NCBI GenBank assembly: GCA_002633005.1
Contig: NMRA01000341.1
Span: 203,474-267,473 of the forward strand
Length of the DNA stretch: 64,000 nt
DNA from: Phoronis australis
Taxonomy: Eukaryota > Animalia > Phoronida
Direction of reading: 5' to 3'
Positions 49,357 to 61,660 of the stretch are shown piece by piece (position 1 is the stretch's first letter; each line of letters begins with the position of its first letter). The translations under genes and the position numbers were made by a program. A model generated the notes under the pieces. It searched no databases, was not told the DNA's origin, and saw only the letters and a list, made by a program, of their open reading frames with translations.

Positions 49357-50839
49357 CTGGAAAACAATTGTGAACAGTATGCTCGGACGTCATTGGCATC
49401 AATTACTGAAGTAATCTATGTGGCTTTCATTTGAAAGGCTGCTTTGACATTGTAACTTACAGTCTGTTACTATGAAACATGACTTTAAGAGCCTGCACCC
49501 AGCTGCGTGAAACAGTGTCACCCAGGAGCTGAACTAAGTTCCCTAAATCTTTTGTGTGTTTGTGCTTTTGTTTACTCCCAAATGTTATGTTTTTTATCAT
49601 TTTGCCTTTATGATGAGTTCCTCTATAAGTCAATGCCACTTTCGTATAATTTATCTAAAAACTGAACCTTTGTTTCCATGAAAATCTCTAAGGACTTGGT
49701 CCGTTACTTAAAGGCGTTGTATGAAAAGATTCCTGTTGTTTACTTTCAATAATATTGACAATTCAACGTAGAGTTCACTCTTAGTGTGTCTCAAAGCCAA
49801 AAATAAACTTTAATGAAAACAAAATGGCACAAGAAAGGACAATCGCTGTATTCACAAGAGCACAAATGGGGTACTAGTTAAGAAGCATTGATGGGCCCCT
49901 ATTTCAGATCATTTCAACCGACCCTTAGTGCATATTATCATAAGTTGTTGGTTTGGTTGTAGTGAAGACGCCGTTAGCCGTGCTGTTTGCAAACATGAGT
50001 TTGCATTTTTATCTGAGTGAAATGTTGCAACTGACACTAAGTTGGTGATTTTTAATATTTTGACTTAACACCCAGCTTCACAAGGCATGTTAATGAGCTG
50101 TTTGTGTGCTGAAACCAAAGTTACGGCCGTCATAAGCCAAGACCAAACTTATGAACTTTTACATAATGAGCTTCTGACCCAAATTCCTTAAAAAGCCTGA
50201 GTAAAATAAAAAACATTTAGTTTTCTTACTAGGCACTTTGCATTAAGGATTGACACGCACGAATCGGCGTGGAATACTATATCACTCAAGTTTCTAACAC
50301 GCAGCTGTCCGTGATGAAAAATTTCAGCTGTAATGAATGTTTTTTACCTCAACTGGAGATTGAAGCCTGACTCCTCTGCTCACCATGGTGACAGCATGGA
50401 GCAGTGAGCTATGAGGAACATCAATGGAACTCGGTAATGGAGCTGGATGGGCAGATCAAAGGTTGGGATGTCTTTTTTGTTGCTTTCTTATATTAGAGAA
50501 GATTCATGTGCTTGTGAATAACTGACAGTGTGTTATTGCTTGAGATAAGGCTTGATAACTTGTCATTGTATGTTTTATGTGAGGAGCGTGGTCATAGGAA
50601 ATAACCAGGGGCGAATCCAGGATTTTTAGTTAGGAGGGGCCAGGGCAGAGTATTAGCCAGCATTTTGCCCATCAGACATTCACACCCCCAAACTGCCAAA
50701 TGGAATCCGGGAGAGTTTTAGGTGAGGGGGGAGGGGGGGGGGGGCTAAATCTGCCAATGATTACTGACTGTCAGTTGTTCTCCACCCTGGAACTGATTCC
50801 TCATTTAAGCATTTTATTAAGGAACAAATTAAGACTTAC

Positions 50840-50982
50840 TTCTCTTGGGAGGGAAAAAATTCTGGGAAGAGCTGAAGTCTAGTGTTTGTCTTTGGATCTT
50901 TAAGAAGGTTTCTAATGACTTGCTGTAATTCTTTATTTCCATTCTCAAGTTCCCTTATTTGAGCCTGGTGCACTTCCTTTTC
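50840..50982 (-). CDS. C20orf96: C20orf96 orthologue exon
   Basis: ttacag|EKEVHQAQIRELENGNKELQQVIRNLLKDPKTNTRLQLFPEFFPSQE(K)|gtaagt. Confidence 0.9.
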
Positions 50983-51193
50983 CTGTAAAAATGCAACAAA
51001 ATGTACATGATACAGAACTGTTAATGATGAAAAGGAGCCAAAGTGCAAGTTTAATATTAAAACAATCATTTCCAATAGATCGATTTCATGTGAAATACAA
51101 CTGAGATGATGGCTCTTAAAAATCAGTCTACATGTGCAACTGGATTTAAATTTGCAGAAAACAATAATGGAAAATTAATGTAGTTAGGCCTAC

Positions 51194-51259
51194 CTTTAGC
51201 ATGACCATATTTTGTAGTGCCATATCTTTCAAAGTGGGATGCATTTGGCTTATAGCCTC
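51194..51259 (-). CDS. C20orf96: C20orf96 orthologue exon
   Basis: ttttag|EAISQMHPTLKDMALQNMVMLK|gtaggc; phase 0-0. Confidence 0.87.
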
Positions 51260-51804
51260 CTAAAACAAAAGAATCAAAGAATATTAACTTTAAATTTCAC
51301 TTTACGGAAACAGATTTAGCAGCAAGGTCCAGTTTCACTAGAGGGACTGGCAGCAATAGAGACAAATCGTTTCACGATGAACATAATTTACTGTCTTATA
51401 TTTCAAATAAGCACAGAAAAATCTGTAACCCCAATTGGGAATCAAACCACAGGTTGCCGGTCTAGTGCTCTTACCAGCCACTGAGGACCCGATATCTGTA
51501 CAATACACAATTACTGTTTGCGACCAGCTTTTATGTCATTCACCGCATGAGCAACATGCCGCCCTTTTCAGCCGACACACGCATCACGTGGCAAGATTGC
51601 AAATCTCGCCAGAGCAGCAGGTAACCACGTGCATCATGCAGTGGTGAGAGTGCACACCTTGCCAGACTTCCGATGAATCTATGTTCCTGTGTAATGGGAT
51701 ACACAACTGTAACACTTCTTCTTCATTAATGGTGTATAGGAAAACACATTGGAATGAGCTCCCATAGACACAGCCACACAACTGAGCACAGCCACCCAAC
51801 TGAC

Positions 51805-51984
51805 CTCCGTTATTCTCTTGGTAATGTTGTCCGACACGTCTTGCTGTTGCTTCTTGTACTTGGCAAGTTCAGACGTAATGATATAGTCCAGCTCCTCGTG
51901 GTCGTCAGCGTTGGAGATGGTCAGCTGTTGGATTTCCTTCTGTAGTTCAGCTATCTTGATGGCTTTCACTGGATACTCTTTATC
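51805..51984 (-). CDS. C20orf96: C20orf96 orthologue exon
   Basis: ttgcag|DKEYPVKAIKIAELQKEIQQLTISNADDHEELDYII...KRITE|gtcagt resembles human DHEYSIKSVQISTLMRQLQQ. Confidence 0.92.
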
Positions 51985-52624
51985 CTGCAAATGCAAGGTA
52001 TGACAGCGGCACAATGAGAATAACAAAATCCACTAGGTGACGCTAGTGTATGAATGCAAGTAGCCAAGTGATCACATGGGATGCTTAACCCACAATCACT
52101 CTATGAGCTGAAATGTACTAATAATTTTCATCCCATTCACATAATAAACAGAGGAGCCATAATTCTTCCTTAGCTTCAGGTAAAGTATCAGTGTCCAAGC
52201 TCCAGTTATGACAAAAAAGTCACCATGCTCTCAGATCACTTTCCATTTACCACTGACAGTGCAACTCCACACTGACCACATGTAATTGAAAATGACAGAG
52301 TGTTTATACCAACCGAAAAAACAGGGAATCTGGAAAGAATTGAAGACAGGGATGAATAAATCCACTAGGAAAAGTCTTCAGAAATGTGCAGAGTACATCT
52401 TTCACTCATCAATTAATAAAAATTTCCACATATTAACGAAGAATTTCAGTTCCATTCAAAAGCATAAGTATGTTGTAACAGCCGTGTCAACCACTTGCAA
52501 AAGACTGTGTGCAGATGAAACAATGACAAGTCTCCTTATCGACTACACATATCCTGCATAACAGGAGGTAGCACTGTACGTGACAATGTCACAATTATAT
52601 CACACTCTGTTTACAATTACACAC

Positions 52625-52704
52625 CTTATAATTTTGTAAAACATAAAGCTCTTGTTGCACCTCCTTCAACTTTTCATCAACTTCAGCCACGTTTGCTTCC
52701 AGGG
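52625..52704 (-). CDS. C20orf96: C20orf96 orthologue exon
   Basis: tttcag|(A)LEANVAEVDEKLKEVQQELYVLQNYK|gtgtgt. Confidence 0.88.
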
Positions 52705-53605
52705 CTGAAATACAACAGATTTATCAATCTTGTCATCATTCAACACAGAATGACAGCAAATTAAAAGTGCACACAACTACTCTACTGCATTCTGGACTCA
52801 CTGTGGGTGAATGCGTCTGGTCAAGGGAGATCTGATCTTTTCAATTTGATGTCCTTCATAGTTACCATAATCTTGAAATGTATTATGCACTTGATTCAAC
52901 TTGTAAATGAATCAGTGGCGTGCTAGCTTTGGAAATAATGACAGCTCACTCAAGGACGAAATTTTGTTTTCACAATGAGAGGGGGGGATATGTAATTTGC
53001 CCAATAATTTTTCTTCCACCATGGTCATCACACTTTAATTTCACCCTCACACCCCTGGAAATTATTGCCTGCACTCACAATCTAACAACTAAGTATGGTT
53101 GTCAATTGCAGAATAAACGCTGTCATTAAGCACTACCTCCATTTCACAGACGGCAATTATTTTGCTTCTTATTGGTCGAGATTACAATATAGGCACTTAC
53201 CACAGCAACTGGATTTTTGACTGACTTCTTTTGTTTGGGGATTAAGAACAGAGTGACGTGGATCTGTCAGTGAGAACCACTACAGGTTTTTGGCTACATT
53301 CTTTTCTAATCATTTTAGACACTGTGGACCATAAAAACTAGATCTGTCATTGAAAATTCAACTTTTTCTTTGTTTGAGAGGCAAAAATCGGTTAACTAAA
53401 AAGAAGAAAAATAACAAGCATGGTAACTGCTGTTCCTTTGTTGATATGTCCAGCCAGCCTATATTGTGTGACTTGCCTGAGCCTGAACACAATCGGGTGA
53501 CTTATTAAGTACACTAATGCACAATAAAGCACCTATCTGAGGGATTTAAGTATCTCCTCAGTATGCAGCGAAATTTGAAGGGAGGAGCCTGTCGTGGATG
53601 TTTAC

Positions 53606-53705
53606 CTAAAAGATCAAACTGAATACTACGCTCAGTTTCAAGCAATTTCCTCTTTGTTGTTGAAACCTCTTTATACAACTGTTGATTTAAAGTTGCAATT
53701 CCGCC
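53606..53705 (-). CDS. C20orf96: C20orf96 orthologue exon
   Basis: tttcag|GGIATLNQQLYKEVSTTKRKLLETERSIQFDLL|gtaaac; phase 0-1. Confidence 0.87.
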
Positions 53706-54586
53706 CTGAAAAGCACAGAAAATTGAAAATTACTACGCTGTCAGTTCACATACACAGTCTTCACACAATTAGAAAGTAATATCGTCCACATCAACAAAAA
53801 CGTAAATCTAGATGAAAGGTGACCAACACGGAAGCAGTCAAAAATTCAATTAAACCTAATCCATACATCAAGTTTACGACTGCAGAAAATGCAATTTAGT
53901 GAAATTCTCTTGGCCCTTAGTGGAAACGTGAACTCAGGAATACTAACTCACAGAATCAAAAAAATGAGTAAATGTCATAAACTTAACATGCCAGCATCTC
54001 GATTTTTATTGTGCTGAAAAGAGCTTTAATTTGTGGTTTTCTGAAATAAAGAAACGAAAGAGAAATGAAAGAGAAAGAAAAGGAGATGAGAAACACATAC
54101 CAGGATAGTTTCCTGTTCGTTCTGTAAGGAATGGTTCATAAAGGAGAGCCAGGTGAAAGCAGAGAGGAACAGTAACAGCACTACAGACGGACATTAGAAT
54201 TAAACACACACACAAAAGTTTCATTGTCATTTCACAGAAACTAATTACATCATACACAGAAACTGATTACATAATACACAAAAAATGCTACGTATGCATT
54301 ACGTCCCCATGGAAAGCAGTGTGAACTGATGGGGCTACCCTCACTGTAAATATTACAATAATAATAAACAAATGAATAAATTAAGGGCTATGGAAGCCTT
54401 TCCCTCTTTGAAAGGCTTATAATGTTGGTGCTGATACTTGTTCAAGAATTTACTACTAAGTGCTGTGTGATGCCAGTTGTGCAGTGCAGTCCATGTTAAA
54501 CAATTCATTATAATTTACTAATAATCACTAAGAAAAAGTGACAAAGATAATAAAATCATCATAATGATTTCACTTTTCCATTATTG

Positions 54587-54776
54587 AATAGACTCCTAGT
54601 ATTAGACTCCCAGTATTAGACTCCTAGTATTAGACTTCTAGCATTAGACTCCTAGTATTAGACTCGTAGCATTAGACTCCTAGTATTAGACTTCTAGCAT
54701 TAGACTCCTAGTATTAGACTTCTAGCATTAGACTCCTAGCATTAGACTCCTAGTATTAGACTCCTAGTATTAGACT
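54587..54776. repeat. 14-bp minisatellite, about 13 copies
   Basis: TATTAGACTCCTAG variants. Confidence 0.95.
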
Positions 54777-54864
54777 TTGTCTAGTGTTAGTATATCCTAA
54801 ATACAAGAATTTTAATATTACGGAAATCTTTCTTTGACACAAGGTGGATGACTTTGTAACTTAC

Positions 54865-54964
54865 CCGAAACTTCTCATATCTCCGTAGTAACGACTTCAC
54901 GTTACTGGCCACCACAGACTCATCTTGCTCTATGATTTTACGGAGTTCCATGTTTCGCATCAAT
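54865..54964 (-). CDS. C20orf96: C20orf96 orthologue exon (follows the probable U12 intron)
   Basis: ttccttgacatgctaactag|(L)LMRNMELRKIIEQDESVVASNVKSLLRRYEKFR|gtaagt. Confidence 0.87.
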
Positions 54965-55315
54965 CTAGTTAGCATGTCAAGGAATGACAACCCACATTCG
55001 TACAACATTAGAAATTTAGTAGCCTGTATCACGGACATACGTTCTTTATCAATAGATTAGTACAAAGATCACAGTAGACGGTCTATATCAGGAACACTGA
55101 TTTAGCTTCATTTTTGTGGAGTAGGTCAATAACTACATTTATGACTTCAGGGCAACAAAATACTGGCTGAAACTGTGGACAAAAAATGACGATTTTTATC
55201 TGTTTGGCTTCTGAAATTGAATTCCCTATGAAATGTTATGTTGGAATCTATTTTTCTCAAGAAAGACAATAAATATTAGCCAAAAACAATATGTTGTCAT
55301 TTAAGTTTTGTTAAC

Positions 55316-55392
55316 CAAGGGACGTGAACCCAGGGACGTGAACCCAGGGACGTGAACCCAGGGACGTGAACCCAGGGACGTGAACCCAGGGA
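55316..55392. repeat. 14-bp minisatellite x5
   Basis: GGGACGTGAACCCA units. Confidence 0.92.
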
Positions 55393-56124
55393 ACATATTG
55401 GTTTATGACTTGTGAGCTCTTACAAAAGATCGTGAGAACACTTGACATTAGACTAGGCTATTATCGATCTTGGAAACCACTTTCGTCAGAATTGAAACTG
55501 TACGAGCGATATTTGCTAGGTTTTGGAAAGCTGCCAAAAATCTCCCTTCTGAAAAAAGCAAACTTTTGATTCAAATCACTTACAATAAAATCTCACCAAT
55601 TTAGGACACAAAAGGTAAGCAAATTTTTTGTTTTCTTTCAAAAAATATAATTAGCGACAAATAAATGTTTCATCATTTTTTAATACACCTACTTTGAGAC
55701 AATGCTCTGAGAAGTTGTGAACTTGCAATGTTTCAAATCTTAAATTTGCAAAACAAACAAGACCATTTTTTCAAAAATTAGTGAGATATTACCCTACTTT
55801 CCTCAAACTGGTCTCATCTCGCTGTTTGGTCTGATTAAACATTATTTCAGGGTGTGGGAAGAATGGGCTTTTGGTTATTGATTAAGGTCACACTCATTGC
55901 ATAACTGACCTGCTGATCCCCGCCTGGGCTAAAACAATTGACATACTATCAGATCTTTTCAAGCCAATGAGGCACTTGTAATCTGAGTGAGGAACTCGTG
56001 AAAACATCATTTCTAAAGACTATTGGTCTATTTACACCAACTTCCAGCTTATTTACCTTGGCACGTTCCAGTCAGTCACATATCCAGCCATCTTCAGGTG
56101 TTACAGTGTTCATAGAATTAAGAG

Positions 56125-56261
56125 CATGGGTGTATGGTACACTCATGGGCGTATGGTACACTCATGAGCGTATGGTACACTCATGGGCGTATGGTACACT
56201 CATGGGCGTATGGTACACTCATGGGCGTATGGTACACTCATGGGCGTATGGTACACTCATG
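56125..56261. repeat. 19-bp minisatellite, about 7 copies, inside a foldback structure
   Basis: CATGGGCGTATGGTACACT units. Confidence 0.93.
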
Positions 56262-56711
56262 GTGGAGTAGCTTAGTAGCTTACTGGACTGCCAATCTCAA
56301 TGTCCCCAGTTGCCAGCTGGTGCCATGAAAAAATACTCATCATTGACCACCATGAGTATACCACACAGCTGTCCTTTTTCTTCTAAGACCACTGTAACAC
56401 CTGAAGATGGACGGAGAAACCACTGACGTCGTGTCAAAGGAAGTAGGCTAGATGCTGATGTAAAGTAAGCTAAGATTTTAGAAATTTGGATATGATGTTA
56501 CTACATCACCTCCTCAAAGTGGTTTTAGGAAAGCGAACTAATGGAAACAAAGGTTAGCCATTGCATAAAATTGTGAAACTTATCTGCTGTATCAGTTTGA
56601 TTGATGCATGAAATATAAGTTTATAGAACAGGTCCAGATCTGCAACTTTGGGGTTCATAGCACAACAAACACAATCCAGAATTAAAAAAACAGAATAGAG
56701 TGAATAATGGG

Positions 56712-56894
56712 AAGACAAATAAAGGCCAACATTTGTGACACCTCGTAATGAACTTAAGACAAATAAAGGCCAACATTTGTGACACCCCGTAATGAACTTA
56801 AGACAAATAAAGGCCAACATTTGTGACACCCCGTAATGAACTTAAGACAAATAAAGGCCAACATTTGTGACACCCCGTAATGAACTCAAGACAA
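56712..56894. repeat. 44-bp tandem repeat x4
   Basis: AAGACAAATAAAGGCCAACATTTGTGACACCCCGTAATGAACTT units. Confidence 0.95.
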
Positions 56895-57047
56895 AAATTG
56901 TGTAGAATGCAATGTCATGCAATAGCGGTTGTAGAGAAAATGTTCTACAAAATAACTTAACTGTACAACAATAATCAACTAGTTTCATTTCTAAAAATAA
57001 CAAAGAGTTTTGTATCACAGCTAGGATTAAAACTACTGAATGGATAC

Positions 57048-57106
57048 AGTTTCTCGTATCTTTGCTTGTACTCCTCAATTGAATATTTTCTTGCATGGAT
57101 TTTGAG
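57048..57106 (-). CDS. C20orf96: C20orf96 orthologue exon (GTATCC donor)
   Basis: tttcag|LKIHARKYSIEEYKQRYEK(L)|gtatccatt; phase 0-2 bridges its neighbours exactly. Confidence 0.85.
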
Positions 57107-57666
57107 CTGAAATGGATTAAACACAATTCATTAGAATTCACAAATACAGACGGGAACTGTGTAATCATCCAAGCCACTTACAGATGCACTTTTATTAACA
57201 AATTGAAAAAACATCTTATCTTTTTTTTGGTTTCAACGACAAATCCATGCATGCAAGCCTAACAGCAAAACAACACAAACTGCATTTCAAATAAAAAAAG
57301 GAATCATGATATTCTTACAAATTAGACCTTTTACTGTCACAAAATTGTTATTATTCCTTACTGTGACAGGATACTATTTCCATCACCAAAGCTACTCATG
57401 GAAATGCAATGCTTCAGAGTTTGGAAACAGAAATAGAATGCTCTCATGGTAAGGAGTGTTTAGAGACAAATCATTACCCGAGTAAAAGTACAAATTTGGT
57501 TTTCATTTTTAGCCAGCTAAACAGTGAAATGCAGCTTTAAATCAATGATAATGTGAACAATATGGCCCCTTTTCAATCAAATTTCTGTCATTTGAAACAA
57601 AGCAAAATAGAGCAATGATCACCATTCATTGTTTTGCTCTCAAAGTTTACATCCTGTTATAGGCAC

Positions 57667-57821
57667 CTTAAGCATTTTTGTCCGATCATCTGCCATCTGC
57701 TTTTCCACATCAACTTCAGGAGTTTGTTGACGGCCATGTTGGTGGTTGCATTCCACCTCTGACTCCACCTTGGTACGCCGCAGAAATGACGGCGCATGAG
57801 CGACAGTAAAAAATGTTCTCT
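57667..57821 (-). CDS. C20orf96: C20orf96 orthologue exon
   Basis: ttgcag|(E)RTFFTVAHAPSFLRRTKVESEVECNHQHGRQQTPEVDVEKQMADDRTKMLK|gtgcct. Confidence 0.82.
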
Positions 57822-58313
57822 CTGCAACACAGGAAATTGTTACAATAACACTCTCATGGCATCAAATTTGTTAATTCAAGAAAAGGCAGTAAAACATACA
57901 TTTGGGAAATTAATTGATTCCCATAATTTTTAATTTATAAATAGATGAGTAGTTAATATATGATTTCAGAATATAATGACTCTGCATATAAAATAGTAAT
58001 AGTGACTTACAGGGCTTTGCATTTCTAAGAACCAGTTTTCTCCACTGAATAACAAGCATCAAACTGATTCTCAAAATGCGAGACCCCTGAAAGTGACCAC
58101 TGCTCATTAAATGACCAGCTGGTCCACGAAGCTAACTTATAAAGCCTTGTTTCAAGAAATCACGGTAATAATGAATATAAGGCAAAAGATCAGACCAACT
58201 GTGGTAAGTTGTCTTCAGAAATCGAGTTAGTCTTTAGGTACCTGGCGGCGGGTTCATGATAGCTTTATTGCACATGTCAACTTATAAAAATACATGATCC
58301 AAACAGAACAAAC

Positions 58314-58545
58314 CTGCTGGGGGTTTAGGTGTCCACTCAGGAACTTTCCTTGGGACTCGAGTGTTCTTATTAGTTCCAAGCACTTCCTTCTGTTTCTTCT
58401 CTGTTTCCCGTTTCCACTGATCATAGTCCACAGTATAATTCAGCTGCTCATTCAGTTCCTTCAACAGGGCATCATCCTCCAGAGCCCTAGTGTTGTCAGA
58501 AGTAGACAGCCTTCCAGCAGCGCGACGACCCCATCCGACAGGCAT
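58314..58545 (-). CDS. C20orf96: C20orf96 orthologue, first coding exon
   Basis: gctcag|tgactcaccATG; MPVGWGRRAAG...YTVDYDQWKRE...WTPKPPA|gtttgt. Joined CDS is 1176 nt (391 aa). Confidence 0.82.
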
Positions 58546-59476
58546 GGTGAGTCACTGAGCAAAATACAGAGGGTTTGAGTATATTTACAGCATAAATCTA
58601 AATGTTATTCTTATGTCAGTAAAGTCTATTCTTGAAGAATCATTAAAAAAGATATTTGCTTATAGGTGACACTCTAAGTAATAGTGTTAAAAACCAACAC
58701 ATAATATCACTTCAAAAATTTTATAGTAGGCTATTGGAATAATGGCTATCCATTCGGATTCAAAAATGACACAAGCACACATTACTTGTGACTTCAGTAG
58801 CCAGGTCATTCGACAATAACTCATGTTTAGGTGAGCAAAGTAATGTTTTGAAATCCAAAGTGCTTCGGTTAAATATTCAACACTAACATCAAGGCAGATG
58901 CAAAATGCAACCTAACTGGAAGTCATTGAGAAGCAGTTACTTCGAGCTGAATAATGTATATTTCCATATTACAGCGGAGTACCCAAGATAACCACACTCT
59001 CTCTCTCCCTGTCTCTTGGTTGACAAGTTTAAATCTCCTGCCACCAATCCGGGACTACCAAAGCGACAATGTATTCACATGGTAAAAAACAGCCATAGAA
59101 CCATACTATCAAGGTGTCCATAACAGTAAAGTAAAGTAAATTAAAGTTTATCTAAAATCGGGTATTGGATATAAACAAATTAGCGTTAGCACAAGTCCGA
59201 TAGACACTGTGGCCAGTCTGAGTGTGGGATTGGATTAATTTCAATCAATGAAGAAGCACTAGCCTAAGTTAGCCTAAACAAGTCAAAAGTTGACTGTCGG
59301 TCTGTGTCTAAGTTAATCGTGTGTCTTACTCAATCGCCAGTTTCAGATCCCAGGGTTGGAACACAGCGAACTAACACTCTAGGTTCACTAACAACATTGA
59401 CAGTAGTGACACTGAGTGGTACGGTAGTGTCTGGCATCCAAATCACAGCCGAGCTCACAGAATGCACAAAACATAC

Positions 59477-59625
59477 CTGTTAAGACGGAGAAATGATTAG
59501 ATTAGTTCTAAATTCAGTTCTCAAATTCTTAACAGTAGCGAACGGTGTGGACAACTCGTTATCTGCAATCCAAAAAACTCATAATTTATTTTCCATGTCC
59601 GCCATTTTGAAGCGGAAATTAGTAT
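59477..59625 (-). promoter_or_regulatory. Probable 5' UTR exon and core promoter of C20orf96
   Basis: Minus strand TTCCGCTTCAAAATGGCGGAC (ETS- and YY1-like) followed by the donor cag|gtatgt at 59476; contains short uORFs. Confidence 0.5.
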
Positions 59626-61421
59626 CCAAGTAATTTTGTGGTTTTTAAACAGTGAAGAGCAGAAATCGTTCCTCTGACTAAGCCAAGTTGTCTATAAGGC
59701 TTTCAGACTAAATAATACATTCATCTGGAAAATTTTGAAAATGCAACCATCCTAACCACAATTCTATAACCTCATATCTTAATATAACTCCACACGACCA
59801 GTCGTTAATTTTTCTAATGCTAATAAATCACTTAGCCCCTGCCGTTACCGCTCAGCGACTGACGGTTAAAACAGCCTGAATGGGAAAACACAAGTAGCAC
59901 AGGACGTGTTGTAATAACCATGGCATTATAGACACAATCATGCATTTTGTGGAAACATTTAGTGAAACGATCCCGATAAATTAGGCCATGAAAAATATAT
60001 AGGCTAAATACTGGTTTTTGTTCGCCCGGTCATCAGCGTTGTGCGTCAAAATTATCATTACTGGTGGTGCGTGTAGGGGCACTTGTCACAATCACAGTTT
60101 TCAGGTGGTTTTGGGAAATACGATAGGTCATAACAGTTGCCTACAGGCGAAGTCATCACGGTGTGGCCGCTCTTTAGTGGCCGGGTTTCCCGGCCGTGCC
60201 GTCATGCCCCTAAACGCACAACACTAGCTCTTACACTGGCAGAAAACCGTGTTCAATCGATCTAAAAGCACAGGCCAATGATTTCCACCGACCTGCATAG
60301 AAGGACAATCACCTCCGTGACATGAATCCGACAAGTGAGACAAGATTACTTGCCCATGTATCTATACAGACTGAGGTTACTCGGTGCCGAAGGATTCAGT
60401 TGAGGCCGTAACACCAGTGTTATGACTCAATCCCAAAATAGGACAACTCGACGTGGGTAAAAAGTTACCTAAATGGTTGAATCTCATTTTTCAGTCTACT
60501 GAAGCTCGATTGAGGAGTGGTCAAAACTGATGTGGAGTGTAGACTAATACAGCTTTCAAATGACAGCACTTTGTCCCTTACACAAGCTTAAAATGACACG
60601 CTGGTCCTCACAGCGTCTTTGCAAGAAACCGACACAAATAAGCCCTCAACTAAGTATTCTAAATCATTTGCGTATTGTGGATTTGTGGAAACAATGATTG
60701 TCTTTTTAATGCTGTTTTAGTTTTATTACTAGATCAATTTTGGCTTTGAGTATTTTAATACTTAAAATATTATCGAAAATAAATAATAAAATAAGAAAGG
60801 CTTCTTTCATACAACGCTCTCAATTTAAGAACTGATGAAGACCCTATTTATTTTCACTGAAATAAGGCCAGTTTTTACTTGCATTACTAGAAAATGCCAT
60901 TAGTCAACGCAGAGTAGCACAAAATAAACTGTTTTCATTATATTATTGTGGTCAAATAATGCAACATTGAAGAAAGCAATTAATCCAATGGCATTCCTTT
61001 ATATAAAACAGTCTTGTAAATAATTACCACCAAGTAACTTTGTGTAATCTGTTTCCACCCAACTTTCACCGCCTTATATCCGACTCATCGCATACTTTCT
61101 CCCTTTCTGCGAACTGGGCCTATCAATCTTACCAGTTCTTGTCATGGGCGAACCTCCAGCCAACCTTGCAGTTTCCACCGTGACAGAAATAAAGAGGTTT
61201 GGACAAAAACTGAAATAGCACTTTGGGTTGCCGTTGTGCAGACATGCAAAACATTTTGCCATCATTTACGACTTCCATATTGTCCACAATTTTCATTAAA
61301 ATAAGATATCTTGCCTTTAGCAGCTAGGCTTCAGTGGCTGCATGGAAACCCGCTGAAAAATACAATTGATTAAAAATGCCGTCAAAAGCCGATAAAATTC
61401 GGTAGCCAGGAATGGATACTT

Positions 61422-61660
61422 CATGGGCGCACCCAGGGGTCTCGGGAGGCTCGAACGAGCCCCCTATTTGGCGACTTGGACAAAAAGGTCCGCTTCAGTG
61501 AAGCAAAAAGTCCGAGTAAACGAGACAAAAGTCCACAGGAATTCGGCGCGGATGCACTATTCGTAGGTCGGAACATAATCTTCGTTGATTTTTTTCCAGT
61601 AAAAGAACCGCATACCAAAAAGTTGGAGTCGCCCTATATGTTGGGCTGGGTGCGCGCATG
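61422..61660. mobile_element. MITE with 5-bp TSD
   Basis: TIRs CATGGGCGCACCCAG / CTGGGTGCGCGCATG; TACTT on both flanks. Confidence 0.75.

Noticed and set aside
60830-60875. Hammerhead ribozyme (CTGATGA...GAAA)
   Set aside because: Stem II cannot form and there is no convincing cleavage-site helix.
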